Below are positions 53,860 through 62,501 of a stretch of 62,501 bases of DNA, one piece after another; position 1 is the stretch's first letter, and every line of letters starts with the position of its first letter. The position numbers were made by a program, and so were the translations under genes. The DNA comes from Minisyncoccota bacterium. Lineage in GTDB: Bacteria; Patescibacteriota; Minisyncoccia; Phycocordibacterales; UBA9973. Location of the stretch: positions 1 to 62,501 of the forward strand of contig JAGOSH010000003.1 in NCBI GenBank assembly GCA_018062425.1, given 5' to 3'. The notes beneath the pieces were generated by a model, which worked only from the letters and a program-made list of their open reading frames with translations, made no database searches and was not told the DNA's origin.

Positions 53860-54993
53860 TTACACTGACTTTGCTACAGCTTGGGCGAGGCCTTTGTCGA
53901 ACATGGTTGGGAGGATTTTTTCAGTAGTTGGCTTTTTCACAAATTTGGCTATAGCTTCTGCCGCACGGATAAAAACTTCTTCACTAAATTGCTTTTTCTT
54001 GTCGATGATTCCACGAAAAAGTCCGGGAAAGCCAAGAGAATTGTTTAATTGATTTGGAAAGTCTGATCTACCTGTGGCTACGATAAATGCGCCTGCTTTC
54101 TTGGCCACATCTGGCATCACCTCTGGTATTGGATTCGCCAAAGCAAAGATTATCGGGTGTTCGGCCATAGTTTTTATAATTTCTTCGTTTAAAGTATTTG
54201 CTTTAGATAACCCGACGAATACATGGGCACCCACAAGTGCGTCCTTTAACTCACCTTTTATGTTCTCCTTGTTTGTTTTGATAGCTAAGACTTTTTTATA
54301 TTCATTTAAATCTTCTCTGCCTGTATATATCGCACCCTTAGTGTCACAGACGGTTATATTTTTGAACCCATAAGCGAGCAACAGGTTCGCTACAGCTATA
54401 CCGGCTGAGCCTGCACCATTGATAACCACTTTTGCAACTTCCTTTTTGATTTTACGCAAACGCAGTGAATTAATGAGCCCAGCCAACACCACGGTAGCTG
54501 TGCCATGTTGGTCGTCATGCATGACGGGTATATCTAATTCTTTTCGTAGACGTTCTTCGATTTCAAAACATCGTGGCGCAGAAATGTCCTCTAGGTTTAT
54601 TCCACCGAAAACTGGGGCGATGTTTTTCACAATTTTTATTATCTCTTCGGTATCTTGAGTTTCGAGACATATCGGGAATGCATCCACTCCGCCGAAAACT
54701 TTGAATATTGCCGCCTTGCCTTCCATCACCGGTATGGCTCCATAAGCACCCAGGTTTCCGAGTCCAAGCACCGCCGAACCATCGGATACTATGGCTACTG
54801 TATTTTTCTTGAGCGTATACACATGTGCTAGTTTTTTATCTTTTGCTACTTCAAGCGACACTCCAGCAACTCCAGGAGTATAAGCCAGAGACAAGTCACC
54901 TTTGTTGGCCAACTTCACTTTGCTTTTAAGTTCGATCTTCCCGCTGTGTTTTTTGTGTAATGCTAATGATTGTTTGTAGAAATTGTTTTTCAT
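53860..54993 (-). CDS. NAD(P)-dependent malic enzyme (short form)
   Basis: LSLAYTPGVA, VAIVSDGSAVLGLGNLG, INGAGSAGIA. Confidence 0.9.
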   Translation of the reverse strand: MKNNFYKQSLALHKKHSGKIELKSKVKLANKGDLSLAYTPGVAGVSLEVAKDKKLAHVYTLKKNTVAIVSDGSAVLGLGNLGAYGAIPVMEGKAAIFKVFGGVDAFPICLETQDTEEIIKIVKNIAPVFGGINLEDISAPRCFEIEERLRKELDIPVMHDDQHGTATVVLAGLINSLRLRKIKKEVAKVVINGAGSAGIAVANLLLAYGFKNITVCDTKGAIYTGREDLNEYKKVLAIKTNKENIKGELKDALVGAHVFVGLSKANTLNEEIIKTMAEHPIIFALANPIPEVMPDVAKKAGAFIVATGRSDFPNQLNNSLGFPGLFRGIIDKKKQFSEEVFIRAAEAIAKFVKKPTTEKILPTMFDKGLAQAVAKSV

Positions 54994-55116
54994 AACTTGC
55001 CTAGTATAACATAAAAAATCCGGTAGAAAGTTACCAAAACACGTGCAAAGAAAATGATTTTATGTTATAAAGTTTGACAAGTCCCAAGGCAGAACAATCC
55101 GCCTTGGGGCGGTTAA

Positions 55117-55202
55117 GCGTCGGTGGTAGAGTGGTCAATTACAACAGACTGTAAATCTGTCGCCTTAGGGCTACGAAGGTTCGAATCCTTCCCGACGCAC
55201 CA
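55117..55202 (+). tRNA. trnY: tRNA-Tyr (anticodon GTA), long variable arm, CCA encoded
   Basis: Acceptor GCGTCGG/CCGACGC, anticodon stem ACAGA/TCTGT with loop CTGTAAA, T arm GAAGG-TTCGAAT-CCTTC, and an ACCA end. Confidence 0.9.
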
Positions 55203-55207
55203 AAAAA

Positions 55208-55233
55208 GAAAAGCCCCTATTTAGGGGCTTTTC
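55208..55233. terminator. bidirectional terminator (tRNA-Tyr / clpB)
   Basis: gaaaagcccct-attt-aggggcttttc. Confidence 0.7.
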
Positions 55234-55238
55234 TTTTT

Positions 55239-57923
55239 CTACGCAGTCGCTTTGGCTTTGCCTGCTATATGACTTCGAACCTTTTTCTTTTTTTCGATAA
55301 CCAACTCCGATCCTTTCATTTCTACACCCACGGTGTCACCCTTCTTTACGCCGTTTGATATGATGTAGCTTGCTATAGGGTCCAGGATTTTGTTTTGGAT
55401 AAGTCTATTAAGTGGTCTAGCACCATAATGCGGGTCGTAACCGGTTTTTGCCAAAAAGTCTAAAGCTTGATCTGTAACTACAAGGCCGATGCCTTTGGAA
55501 AGCAACCTATCTCGTACAACTCGCATGCGGATGTCTACGATTTCACGAATGGCTTTCTCGGAGAGAATATCAAAGAGAACTATCTCGTCTATACGGTTTA
55601 GGAATTCCGGACGGAAATGGTCTTTGAGAGCATCCATCACCTTTTCTTTTACTTGACCGTAGTCGGCGGATTGGGTGTTGTTTGAAAATCCGATGGATTC
55701 CATTTTCTCAATGAACTGCGAACCAATGTTCGAGGTCATGATGATGATAGTGTTTTTGAAATTCACAACTCTACCCTTACCATCAGTTAGTCGGCCATCG
55801 TCGAGTACTTGGAGGAGCATGTTAAATACTTCTGGATGCGCTTTCTCTATCTCGTCGAACAGTACTACTGCATATGGTCGGTGACGTACGGCTTCGGTTA
55901 ATTGTCCGGATTCATCGTAACCCACATAACCCGGAGGTGAACCGATGAGTTTGGAAATCGAATGCCTTTCCATGTATTCAGACATGTCTACTCGGATGAT
56001 GGACTTCTCGTCGTTGAATATGAACTGTCCCAAAGCTTTGGTAAGTTCAGTTTTACCAACCCCTGTTGGGCCAAGGAATATAAAAGATCCGATGGGTCGT
56101 TTCGGGTCGCCAATACCAGCACGATTGCGACGAATTACGTTCGCCACTCTAGCTATCGCTTCGTCTTGTCCAATAACTCTGCTCTTTAATTCGCCTTCCA
56201 TTTTTTCAAGTTTCTCGCGTTCTTCTTCGAGCATTTTGGTCAGCGGTATACCGGTCCAGCGAGCTACGACTTCGGCCACGTCTTCGGTGGTGATTTCTTC
56301 TTTCAGTATTCGTCGTGATTTTTGCAATTTTTTCAAACGAGCTAGCTTGGTATCAAGTTCTTTTTTGAGGCTTGGTACTTTGCCATAACGTATCTCTGCT
56401 GCACGAGCTAGGTCCGAACGCATTTCAGCATTTTCAGCCTCGATGCGCATAGCTTCGAGCTCTTTTTTGATTGCTCGAATTTCCACTACGATCTCGCGCT
56501 CGTTGTTCCATTTTAGTTCGAGCTCCTTTGTCTTTTCATTCAAGTCCGCCATCTCTTTTTCTATTTCTTTCAGGCGTGCTTTGATTTCTTTTTCTTTGTG
56601 TTTATCTTCTTCACCTTCGGCTTCTTTCTTGAGCGCTTCTTTTTCTATTTCAAAACGCATTATTTTGCGATGTGCTTCCTCGAGTGCTGGTGGTTTGTTC
56701 TCAAGCGCGATTTTGAGCGATGACGAAGCTTCGTCGATCAAATCTACAGCTTTATCCGGCAAGAAACGATTGGTGATGTACCTAGCAGACAAATTAACCG
56801 CAGATACAATAGCATCATCGGTAATACGAACCCCGTGAAAAAGTTCATACCTTTCTTTGAGGCCTCTTAGTATTGCTACGGCATCTTCAATTGAAGGTTC
56901 TTCTATATACACTGGTTGAAAACGTCGAGCTAGTGCTGGGTCTTTCTCTATGTGCTTTTGATACTCTTTCAGAGTTGTTGCGCCAATAGCTCGCAGTTCA
57001 CCTCTGGCTAATGCCGGTTTCAACATGTTCGATGCATCGACTGTACCCTCGGCTCCTCCTGCTCCGACGATAGTGTGAATCTCGTCGATAAAAAGTATTA
57101 TTTTCCCGTCGGTCTTTTCTATCTCTTTCATTATACCTTTCAACCTTTCTTCAAATTCACCTCGATATTTTGTACCGGCAATGAGCATACCCAAGTCGAG
57201 CGATACCAACTCCTTGTCGCGGAGAGACTCCGGCACAGTGCCTTTAACTATCCTACTTGCTAGACCTTCTACTACTGCGGTCTTACCTGTACCTGCCTCA
57301 CCGATCAATATCGGATTATTCTTGGTCCGACGAGAAAGTATCTGCATGATCCGCATTATTTCGCTTTCCCGGCCGATAACAGGATCTAGTTTGTCTTCTT
57401 TGGCGAGTTTGGTTAGGTTCCTGGTGTATTTCAAAATGAGTCTTGGCTTCTTGGATTCTGGTGCGTCAGTTATATTTTGATTTTTGAATTCTTCTACAAC
57501 TTTCAAAACATCTTCTTTTTTTATGGCAAACCTAGCCAAGCTTTCACGTACATCGCTAGTAACATCAAACATGGATATAAATAAATGTTCGGTGGAAACA
57601 AATTCATCTTTCATGCTCTCAGCGATTTTCAAAGAATACTCAATAACTTGAGCTAAATCAGGATTCAAATATATCTGATACGAAGGCGAAACCGTGCTCT
57701 GTGATTCTGGAGACTCTATCGATTCGAGCACCGAGTCCGTCAGCACCATGGTGTCAATCTCGAGCCTGTCTAAAATAGACACAACCATACTTTCTTCTCC
57801 TAAAAGCAATGCTGCAAGCAAATGCATAGAAGACACGTGGTTTTGTCCTCGTTCGATGGCGAGTTCATGAGCTTTTTTGATAGCTTCCCTAGCTTTGATT
57901 GTAAATTTATTGAGCGGTGGCAT
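55239..57923 (-). CDS. clpB: ATP-dependent chaperone ClpB
   Basis: Clp N domain, two AAA+ modules ([18 protein letters not shown]), and a long coiled-coil middle domain. Confidence 0.96.
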   Translation of the reverse strand: MPPLNKFTIKAREAIKKAHELAIERGQNHVSSMHLLAALLLGEESMVVSILDRLEIDTMVLTDSVLESIESPESQSTVSPSYQIYLNPDLAQVIEYSLKIAESMKDEFVSTEHLFISMFDVTSDVRESLARFAIKKEDVLKVVEEFKNQNITDAPESKKPRLILKYTRNLTKLAKEDKLDPVIGRESEIMRIMQILSRRTKNNPILIGEAGTGKTAVVEGLASRIVKGTVPESLRDKELVSLDLGMLIAGTKYRGEFEERLKGIMKEIEKTDGKIILFIDEIHTIVGAGGAEGTVDASNMLKPALARGELRAIGATTLKEYQKHIEKDPALARRFQPVYIEEPSIEDAVAILRGLKERYELFHGVRITDDAIVSAVNLSARYITNRFLPDKAVDLIDEASSSLKIALENKPPALEEAHRKIMRFEIEKEALKKEAEGEEDKHKEKEIKARLKEIEKEMADLNEKTKELELKWNNEREIVVEIRAIKKELEAMRIEAENAEMRSDLARAAEIRYGKVPSLKKELDTKLARLKKLQKSRRILKEEITTEDVAEVVARWTGIPLTKMLEEEREKLEKMEGELKSRVIGQDEAIARVANVIRRNRAGIGDPKRPIGSFIFLGPTGVGKTELTKALGQFIFNDEKSIIRVDMSEYMERHSISKLIGSPPGYVGYDESGQLTEAVRHRPYAVVLFDEIEKAHPEVFNMLLQVLDDGRLTDGKGRVVNFKNTIIIMTSNIGSQFIEKMESIGFSNNTQSADYGQVKEKVMDALKDHFRPEFLNRIDEIVLFDILSEKAIREIVDIRMRVVRDRLLSKGIGLVVTDQALDFLAKTGYDPHYGARPLNRLIQNKILDPIASYIISNGVKKGDTVGVEMKGSELVIEKKKKVRSHIAGKAKATA

Positions 57924-58413
57924 TGTTTGTTTCTTCTTTTACTTCGTTAATTTTTTTTACTTCTTTACCTATCTGTACAATGGTGAAACCGTCACCTGGG
58001 GAAACTTTCACAACCTCGTGTTCACCCATAATGCCATTCACTATATACACTTCATTTTCCTTTGGTTCCGGTATAACTGTATTTAGAATAATTTTATCCT
58101 CGCCGAGCAGAAGTCCAGAACCGAGCAACTTATTTTCAGTTTCTCCTTTCAAATAAACCGAGACACTCAGATTCTGTACAGATTTCAAATCTTCGAGCAG
58201 TTTTTTTTCTTCGTTGGTTAGTGCTTCAGTAGACTCTGCTGGTACGATACGCTCGACAGTTTGCTTTACTATTTTAGTTATTGGAGTTGAAATTGACTTG
58301 GGTGCCTGATCCATCAGGGAAACCACCGTGATGCCGGTCACCACAGAAGTTATGAAACTCACCAAAAGCGCAAGCAAAAGAAGTTGTGATTTATTTAAAT
58401 CCTTTATATCCAT
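57907..58413 (-). CDS. hypothetical membrane-anchored protein
   Basis: N-terminal TM helix [40 protein letters not shown] faintly recalls a trypsin-like fold but shows no catalytic residues. Confidence 0.45.
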   Translation of the reverse strand: MDIKDLNKSQLLLLALLVSFITSVVTGITVVSLMDQAPKSISTPITKIVKQTVERIVPAESTEALTNEEKKLLEDLKSVQNLSVSVYLKGETENKLLGSGLLLGEDKIILNTVIPEPKENEVYIVNGIMGEHEVVKVSPGDGFTIVQIGKEVKKINEVKEETNNATAQ

Positions 58414-58450
58414 ATGTACTATACATTATAGCACGGAAGTCAAATATTTT

Positions 58451-58873
58451 CTATTTAGAAACCATCTTCTGTCGGATTATTTTTTCAATCGCATAGGGGT
58501 TAGAAATGGCAACAAATTCAACTTCAATTTTGTCCGATCCAGAGGTGTCGAACTTCAAGTTTCCGATACCGATGATGTTTTCAAAAAAAGTTTGACTAAC
58601 TTCTACATTTTGAATATTTTCGTATTCCATGTATTTACGGTGCGTCGAGAAAAGTTTGTAACCACGAGCAATACCACTATCCAACAAATAAAAAGTTGTG
58701 GCATTGCGGACAACTCCCGCTAACAAAAATATAAAAACACCGAGGATGATTACCGGCCATTCCCAAACAATGCCAACTGCAATGAGAATAATACCGACGA
58801 AGTACAAAGAAAAATAATGCAGTGGGTGTGAATGAAACTTTTTAATTATCTGATCTTCTATGTGTGCGTCCAT
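58451..58873 (-). CDS. bacterial PH-domain (YdbS/DUF304-like) membrane protein
   Basis: Two TM helices, then ...YENIQNVEVSQTFFENIIGIGNLKFDTSG. Confidence 0.65.
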   Translation of the reverse strand: MDAHIEDQIIKKFHSHPLHYFSLYFVGIILIAVGIVWEWPVIILGVFIFLLAGVVRNATTFYLLDSGIARGYKLFSTHRKYMEYENIQNVEVSQTFFENIIGIGNLKFDTSGSDKIEVEFVAISNPYAIEKIIRQKMVSK

Positions 58874-58876
58874 TGG

Positions 58877-60022
58877 TTAATGATACCATTCTTTGAGTTT
58901 AAGCAAAATCTCTGCGAGAGATTTCAGAGTGTATTCAACTTCTTTTTTAGTCGTACTTTTACCCAGAGAAAACCTGAGTCCGCCAATATCTTTCAGAATT
59001 TCTGGACGAATGGCCGCTATAACATAAGAACCTTCGCTCCTGCTACTCTGACAAGCACTTTTAGAAGCCACCATTACACCCCTTTCGGATAGTTCAAGTA
59101 CCAAAAGCTCACTTGGAATTTTCGGAAAAGTAATATTTATATTGTTTGGCAATCTGTATTCCAAACTACCATTTACAACCACACCACATTCTTTGAATAT
59201 CTTTCGTTTATTTAGTTCACGAAAAAAATAATCTCTGAGCGTTGTTAATCTTTTTATTTCTTTTCCTTGTGTTTTACTTATACCCTGCAAAGCTTTGCCC
59301 AGACTTGTGATAGCTCCTGTATTTTCTGTACCCGGACGCAAACCGAATTCTTGCTCACCACCATGCATGATTGGGGCAAGTGGTACATCCTTCCTTTTCC
59401 ACAAAACACCAGAACCCCGGGCACCTTCCACTTTTGCACCAGAAAATGTCAACAAATCAACTCCTAATTTCTCGACATTGATTGGCACATAGTTTACTGC
59501 CTGCACTGCGTCAGTATGAAAATACAGGTTGCTTCGTCCGCTTGTTTTTTTATAGTGTCTTATTGTTTTTGCAATTTCGTCTATGGGTTGTACTGTACCG
59601 ATTTCGTTATTGGCATACATCACAGAAACCAAAATCGTGTTGTCAGTTATTGCGGATTTTATTTTCTTCGGATCAACTACCCCACTTTCTTCCACGGGTA
59701 CAATGGTCGAGGTTATCATTCCTCTTTTAGTCAAAGCACGAACTGTTTCCAAAACCGAAGGATGTTCGATGTTAGTAGTAACGACATGCGGAACAAACTC
59801 AGAAAGATTTGACCAGACCAGCCCGCTTATTGCTAAATTATTAGATTCGGTTCCACTGGCGGTAAAGATTATTTCATTCGGGCGAGCATGGATAAATTCA
59901 GCCACTTTCATCCTTGTATCGTCCAAAGATTTACGAGCTAACACACCAGAAGCGTGAATAGAACTCGGATTTGGCTCCGCACTCCCCGCAAAATCAAGAT
60001 ATACTAAGTTTGATTTAACCAT
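58877..60022 (-). CDS. cysteine desulfurase (class V aminotransferase, NifS/IscS-like)
   Basis: FTASGTESNN, HTDAVQA, FSGAKVEG(PLP-Lys), SACQS active-site Cys. Confidence 0.88.
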   Translation of the reverse strand: MVKSNLVYLDFAGSAEPNPSSIHASGVLARKSLDDTRMKVAEFIHARPNEIIFTASGTESNNLAISGLVWSNLSEFVPHVVTTNIEHPSVLETVRALTKRGMITSTIVPVEESGVVDPKKIKSAITDNTILVSVMYANNEIGTVQPIDEIAKTIRHYKKTSGRSNLYFHTDAVQAVNYVPINVEKLGVDLLTFSGAKVEGARGSGVLWKRKDVPLAPIMHGGEQEFGLRPGTENTGAITSLGKALQGISKTQGKEIKRLTTLRDYFFRELNKRKIFKECGVVVNGSLEYRLPNNINITFPKIPSELLVLELSERGVMVASKSACQSSRSEGSYVIAAIRPEILKDIGGLRFSLGKSTTKKEVEYTLKSLAEILLKLKEWYH

Positions 60023-60046
60023 AAAATTAGTATATATTGAAACGAC

Positions 60047-60520
60047 ATGAATCCAAAGCTCGATAATATTTTCTTTTTGGCTTTTTTTGTTTTACTGGGA
60101 ATCTTGGCCATAGCTCAAGCTTTCTGGGCTTTTCGTACCGAACGTAGGTTAAAGAGATTTTTCTTAGGAAAAAAAGCAAAGGATTTAGAAGACACCATCA
60201 CTCTGCTTCAGGCCGATATCGCCAAATTAACCAGTGCCCGAGACCAAGCCGAAAAGGACATCGAGCTTATCAACAAGAAATTAGAGAAAAGCATTCGTGG
60301 ACTTGAAGTTATTCGCTTCAATCCTTTCCCAGACCAGGGTGGCAATCAAAGCTTCGCCATCGGATTGTTAAACGAAGTTGGTGACGGTGTTGTACTTTCG
60401 AGCTTATATTCCCGTGAACGGATGAGTATCTTCGCAAAACCAGTAAAGGCAGGCAAATCAGAATTCGAACTCTCTGATGAAGAAAAAGAAGTTTTAACTC
60501 GAGCAAAAGTAAATGAATAA
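60047..60520 (+). CDS. DUF4446-like protein
   Basis: An N-terminal TM helix, a coiled coil, and IRFNPFPDQGGNQSFAIGLL. Confidence 0.6.
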   Translation: MNPKLDNIFFLAFFVLLGILAIAQAFWAFRTERRLKRFFLGKKAKDLEDTITLLQADIAKLTSARDQAEKDIELINKKLEKSIRGLEVIRFNPFPDQGGNQSFAIGLLNEVGDGVVLSSLYSRERMSIFAKPVKAGKSEFELSDEEKEVLTRAKVNE

Positions 60521-62015
60521 AAATAAAGATACAAAAAAAGATAGTGCAGGCGGAGTGACCGAACGGCCACCAGTGGTAGCTGTGATGGGACACATCGACC
60601 ACGGCAAATCTACCCTCCTCGACTACATCCGCAAAACCAACATCGTCGACCGCGAAGCCGGTGGTATAACTCAAGCCGTCTCTGCCTACGAAGTATTATT
60701 CAAAGGCAAAAAAATAACCTTCATCGACACTCCAGGCCATGCAGCATTTACCAAAATGAGAGAACGCAGTGCCAACGTAGCCGACATCGCCATACTGGTA
60801 GTTTCTGCAGAAGACGGGGTGAAGCCTCAGACTGTGGAAGCTTGGAAAACTATTACCGAAAGTAATACTCCTTTTATAGTTGCCATCAACAAAATAGACA
60901 AACCCGAAGCTAGCATAGAAAAAACCAAAGTAGGCTTGGCTGAAAATGGAATATACCTAGAAAACTATGGTGGCAATATACCTTTTGTTCCTATCTCGGC
61001 TAAAGCGGGTACCAATATAGACGAACTACTTTCCATGATTGAGTTAATAGCCGAAGTAGAGAGCTTTACCGGCAACAGCAAGAAACTAGCAGAAGGTTTC
61101 GTAATCGAGGCCAACATGGATCCAAAGCGTGGTATCCAAGCTACCCTCATCATCAAAGACGGCTATATAGACAAAACCCTCTGGGCATCTGCTGGAGGGG
61201 CAACTTGTAAGGTTCGAATCATGGAAGACTTCCTGGGCAAGAGCGCGGAGAAAATGAGCTTTTCCTCCCCTCTTCGTTTGGTTGGTTTCGACCAGATGCC
61301 AAAAGTCGGTGCACCTTTCAAATGTTTTGATAATAAAGACGAAGCATCAGCTTACGCAAAGTCTGAACAAGTAAGCACCAGCGAAGAGTCTTTTAATTTC
61401 TCTGGTAACAAAAAAGTTATCCCTGTTATTTTAAAAGCCGATACCACAGGATCAATCGAAGCCATAGAAAAAGAAATCAGTAAAATAAAAAATGATAGCG
61501 CTCTATTCCGGATAGTACAAAAAGGTGAAGGTAAAATAACCGAAGGTAATATCAAAAGTATTTCTGACGGAGAAGAAGCTTTGGTTATCGGTTTCAATGT
61601 CAAAGCTGACAACTCAGCAACTGAACTCGCTGAGAGGCGTGGAGTGAAAATAGCCTATTTTGATATCATCTACAAACTTTCTGAGTGGCTAGAAAAAGAA
61701 ATGGAGGCACGCCGTCCTCGCGTAGAAACCGAAGAAACAGTTGGTCGTGCCAAAATACTCAAAGCTTTTAGTAAAACTAAAGAAAAGCAGGTTCTGGGGG
61801 CCAAGGTAGTAGAAGGCAAGATCAGCCTCTCCTCTATGGTCAAAATAATCCGCCGAGAAAACGCCATCGGTCAAGGTAAAATAGTAAACCTAGAGAAAAA
61901 TAAAATGAAAGTAGGGTCTGTCGAAGAAGGTACAGAATTCGGAATGATGCTCGAATCCAAGCTCGACATTGTACCCGGTGATGTAATTGAAACTTTTGCA
62001 ATAGTTAAAAGATAA
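60513..62015 (+). CDS. infB: translation initiation factor IF-2 (short N-terminus)
   Basis: [16 protein letters not shown]-type motif ([17 protein letters not shown]), DTPGHAAF and NKID; 500 aa. Confidence 0.95.
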   Translation: MNKNKDTKKDSAGGVTERPPVVAVMGHIDHGKSTLLDYIRKTNIVDREAGGITQAVSAYEVLFKGKKITFIDTPGHAAFTKMRERSANVADIAILVVSAEDGVKPQTVEAWKTITESNTPFIVAINKIDKPEASIEKTKVGLAENGIYLENYGGNIPFVPISAKAGTNIDELLSMIELIAEVESFTGNSKKLAEGFVIEANMDPKRGIQATLIIKDGYIDKTLWASAGGATCKVRIMEDFLGKSAEKMSFSSPLRLVGFDQMPKVGAPFKCFDNKDEASAYAKSEQVSTSEESFNFSGNKKVIPVILKADTTGSIEAIEKEISKIKNDSALFRIVQKGEGKITEGNIKSISDGEEALVIGFNVKADNSATELAERRGVKIAYFDIIYKLSEWLEKEMEARRPRVETEETVGRAKILKAFSKTKEKQVLGAKVVEGKISLSSMVKIIRRENAIGQGKIVNLEKNKMKVGSVEEGTEFGMMLESKLDIVPGDVIETFAIVKR

Positions 62016-62024
62016 ATAATTTAT

Positions 62025-62366
62025 ATGGATACAAGAAACGACCTGCCTACCGGCAGGCAGGAAAAGATAGCCAATTTACTTCGCGAGCTGACAGCTCAGT
62101 TTTTGGCACGTGAAGCTAACCGAACATCGCTCCTCACCGTTACGTCGACAAACGTATCCGCTGATTTAAAGAAAGGTACAGTATACATCTCAGTTTTACC
62201 CGCCTCGGCTGAAAAGGCGGCACTCGATTTTTGCAAAAGACAGCGAAGCGCGTTGAGAGACCATTTAAAGAAAAACATGGAAACCAAGAGTGTTCCCTTT
62301 CTCGACTTTGAGATTGATTATGGAGAGAAGAATCGCCAAAGGATTGACGAGCTACTCCGAGAATAG
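62025..62366 (+). CDS. rbfA: ribosome-binding factor A
   Basis: RQEKIANLLRELTAQFL... matches the RbfA N-terminus, and the gene follows infB. The first ~10 codons overlap a GC-rich palindrome, so the exact start is uncertain. Confidence 0.85.
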   Translation: MDTRNDLPTGRQEKIANLLRELTAQFLAREANRTSLLTVTSTNVSADLKKGTVYISVLPASAEKAALDFCKRQRSALRDHLKKNMETKSVPFLDFEIDYGEKNRQRIDELLRE

Positions 62367-62416
62367 TTGATAGACTGGTATTTATAAGTTATAGTTGAAA
62401 ACAGTTTTTCAAAAAA

Positions 62417-62491
62417 GGCCTGGTCGTCAAGTGGTAAGACAAGAGTCTGCAAAACTCTTATACGGCGGTTCGATTCCGCCCCAGGCCTCCA
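62417..62491 (+). tRNA. trnC: tRNA-Cys (anticodon GCA), CCA encoded
   Basis: Acceptor GGCCTGG/CCAGGCC, anticodon stem AGAGT/ACTCT with loop CTGCAAA, T arm GGCGG-TTCGATT-CCGCC, and discriminator T followed by CCA. Confidence 0.9.
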
Positions 62492-62501
62492 AAAAATAAA
62501 T

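Noticed and set aside
1-62501. CRISPR arrays, rRNA genes, transposases, integrases or prophage structural genes
   Set aside because: I found no regularly spaced direct repeats, no rRNA-like conserved stretches, and no ORF with recombinase, transposase, capsid or terminase motifs. The accessory regions lack recognisable mobility genes.
1-62501. Alternative genetic code (UGA recoding, as in some CPR lineages)
   Set aside because: Long conserved genes (dnaK, clpB, typA, rpoA, alaS) read through uninterrupted under the standard code and end at normal positions. No in-frame TGA splits are apparent.

Overview
This AT-rich, tightly packed window is almost entirely coding and most genes sit on the minus strand. 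By inference it looks like a streamlined Patescibacteria/CPR-type bacterial chromosome under the standard genetic code: IF-2 and AlaRS are short, many conserved hypothetical genes are present, and no respiration or large biosynthetic operons appear.

**Housekeeping content**
- Translation and transcription: rpmG with tRNA-Trp; the infA-rpmJ-rpsM-rpsK-rpsD-rpoA-rplQ-rplM-rpsI block; alaS, typA, infB-rbfA, mnmA and rsmE; tRNA-Tyr and tRNA-Cys.
- Chaperones: dnaJ, dnaK, grpE and clpB, at separate loci.
- Cell wall: ddl, a murF-like ligase and mltG.
- Polyamines: agmatinase, carboxynorspermidine dehydrogenase and decarboxylase, placed beside aspartate kinase and asd.

**Main candidate for a new system (12.9-23.2 kb)**
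- A gene module occurs twice. Each copy has a soluble VirD4/TraD-like P-loop ATPase (482 aa and 756 aa) immediately upstream of very large cysteine-rich proteins (579, 565 and 581 aa).
- Both ends of the cysteine-rich proteins carry the same eight-Cys zinc-ribbon module, CxxC-x24-CxxC-x18-CxxC-x17-CxxC. All three end in the identical tail YCEKCYQQEVY.
- The longer ATPase carries a CxxC-x17-CxxC ribbon of its own, followed by a proline-rich tail.
- The window holds no other T4SS, relaxase, integrase or phage genes.

**Other notable items**
- An accessory block at 23.2-29.1 kb contains a TfoX gene fragment that directly repeats part of an intact TfoX gene 3.2 kb away, and two tandem Abi/HEPN-like genes.
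- A GC-rich, helix-dense non-coding island lies next to tRNA-Trp and repeats that tRNA's 3' end.
- Strong -10 boxes recur 6-8 nt upstream of start codons, which suggests leaderless transcripts.
- A small island at 51.4-53.8 kb encodes mini zinc-ribbon proteins and two promoter-duplicated modules of an exported beta-rich protein plus a tiny membrane protein.

All family assignments come from motif recognition by eye. No database search was run.
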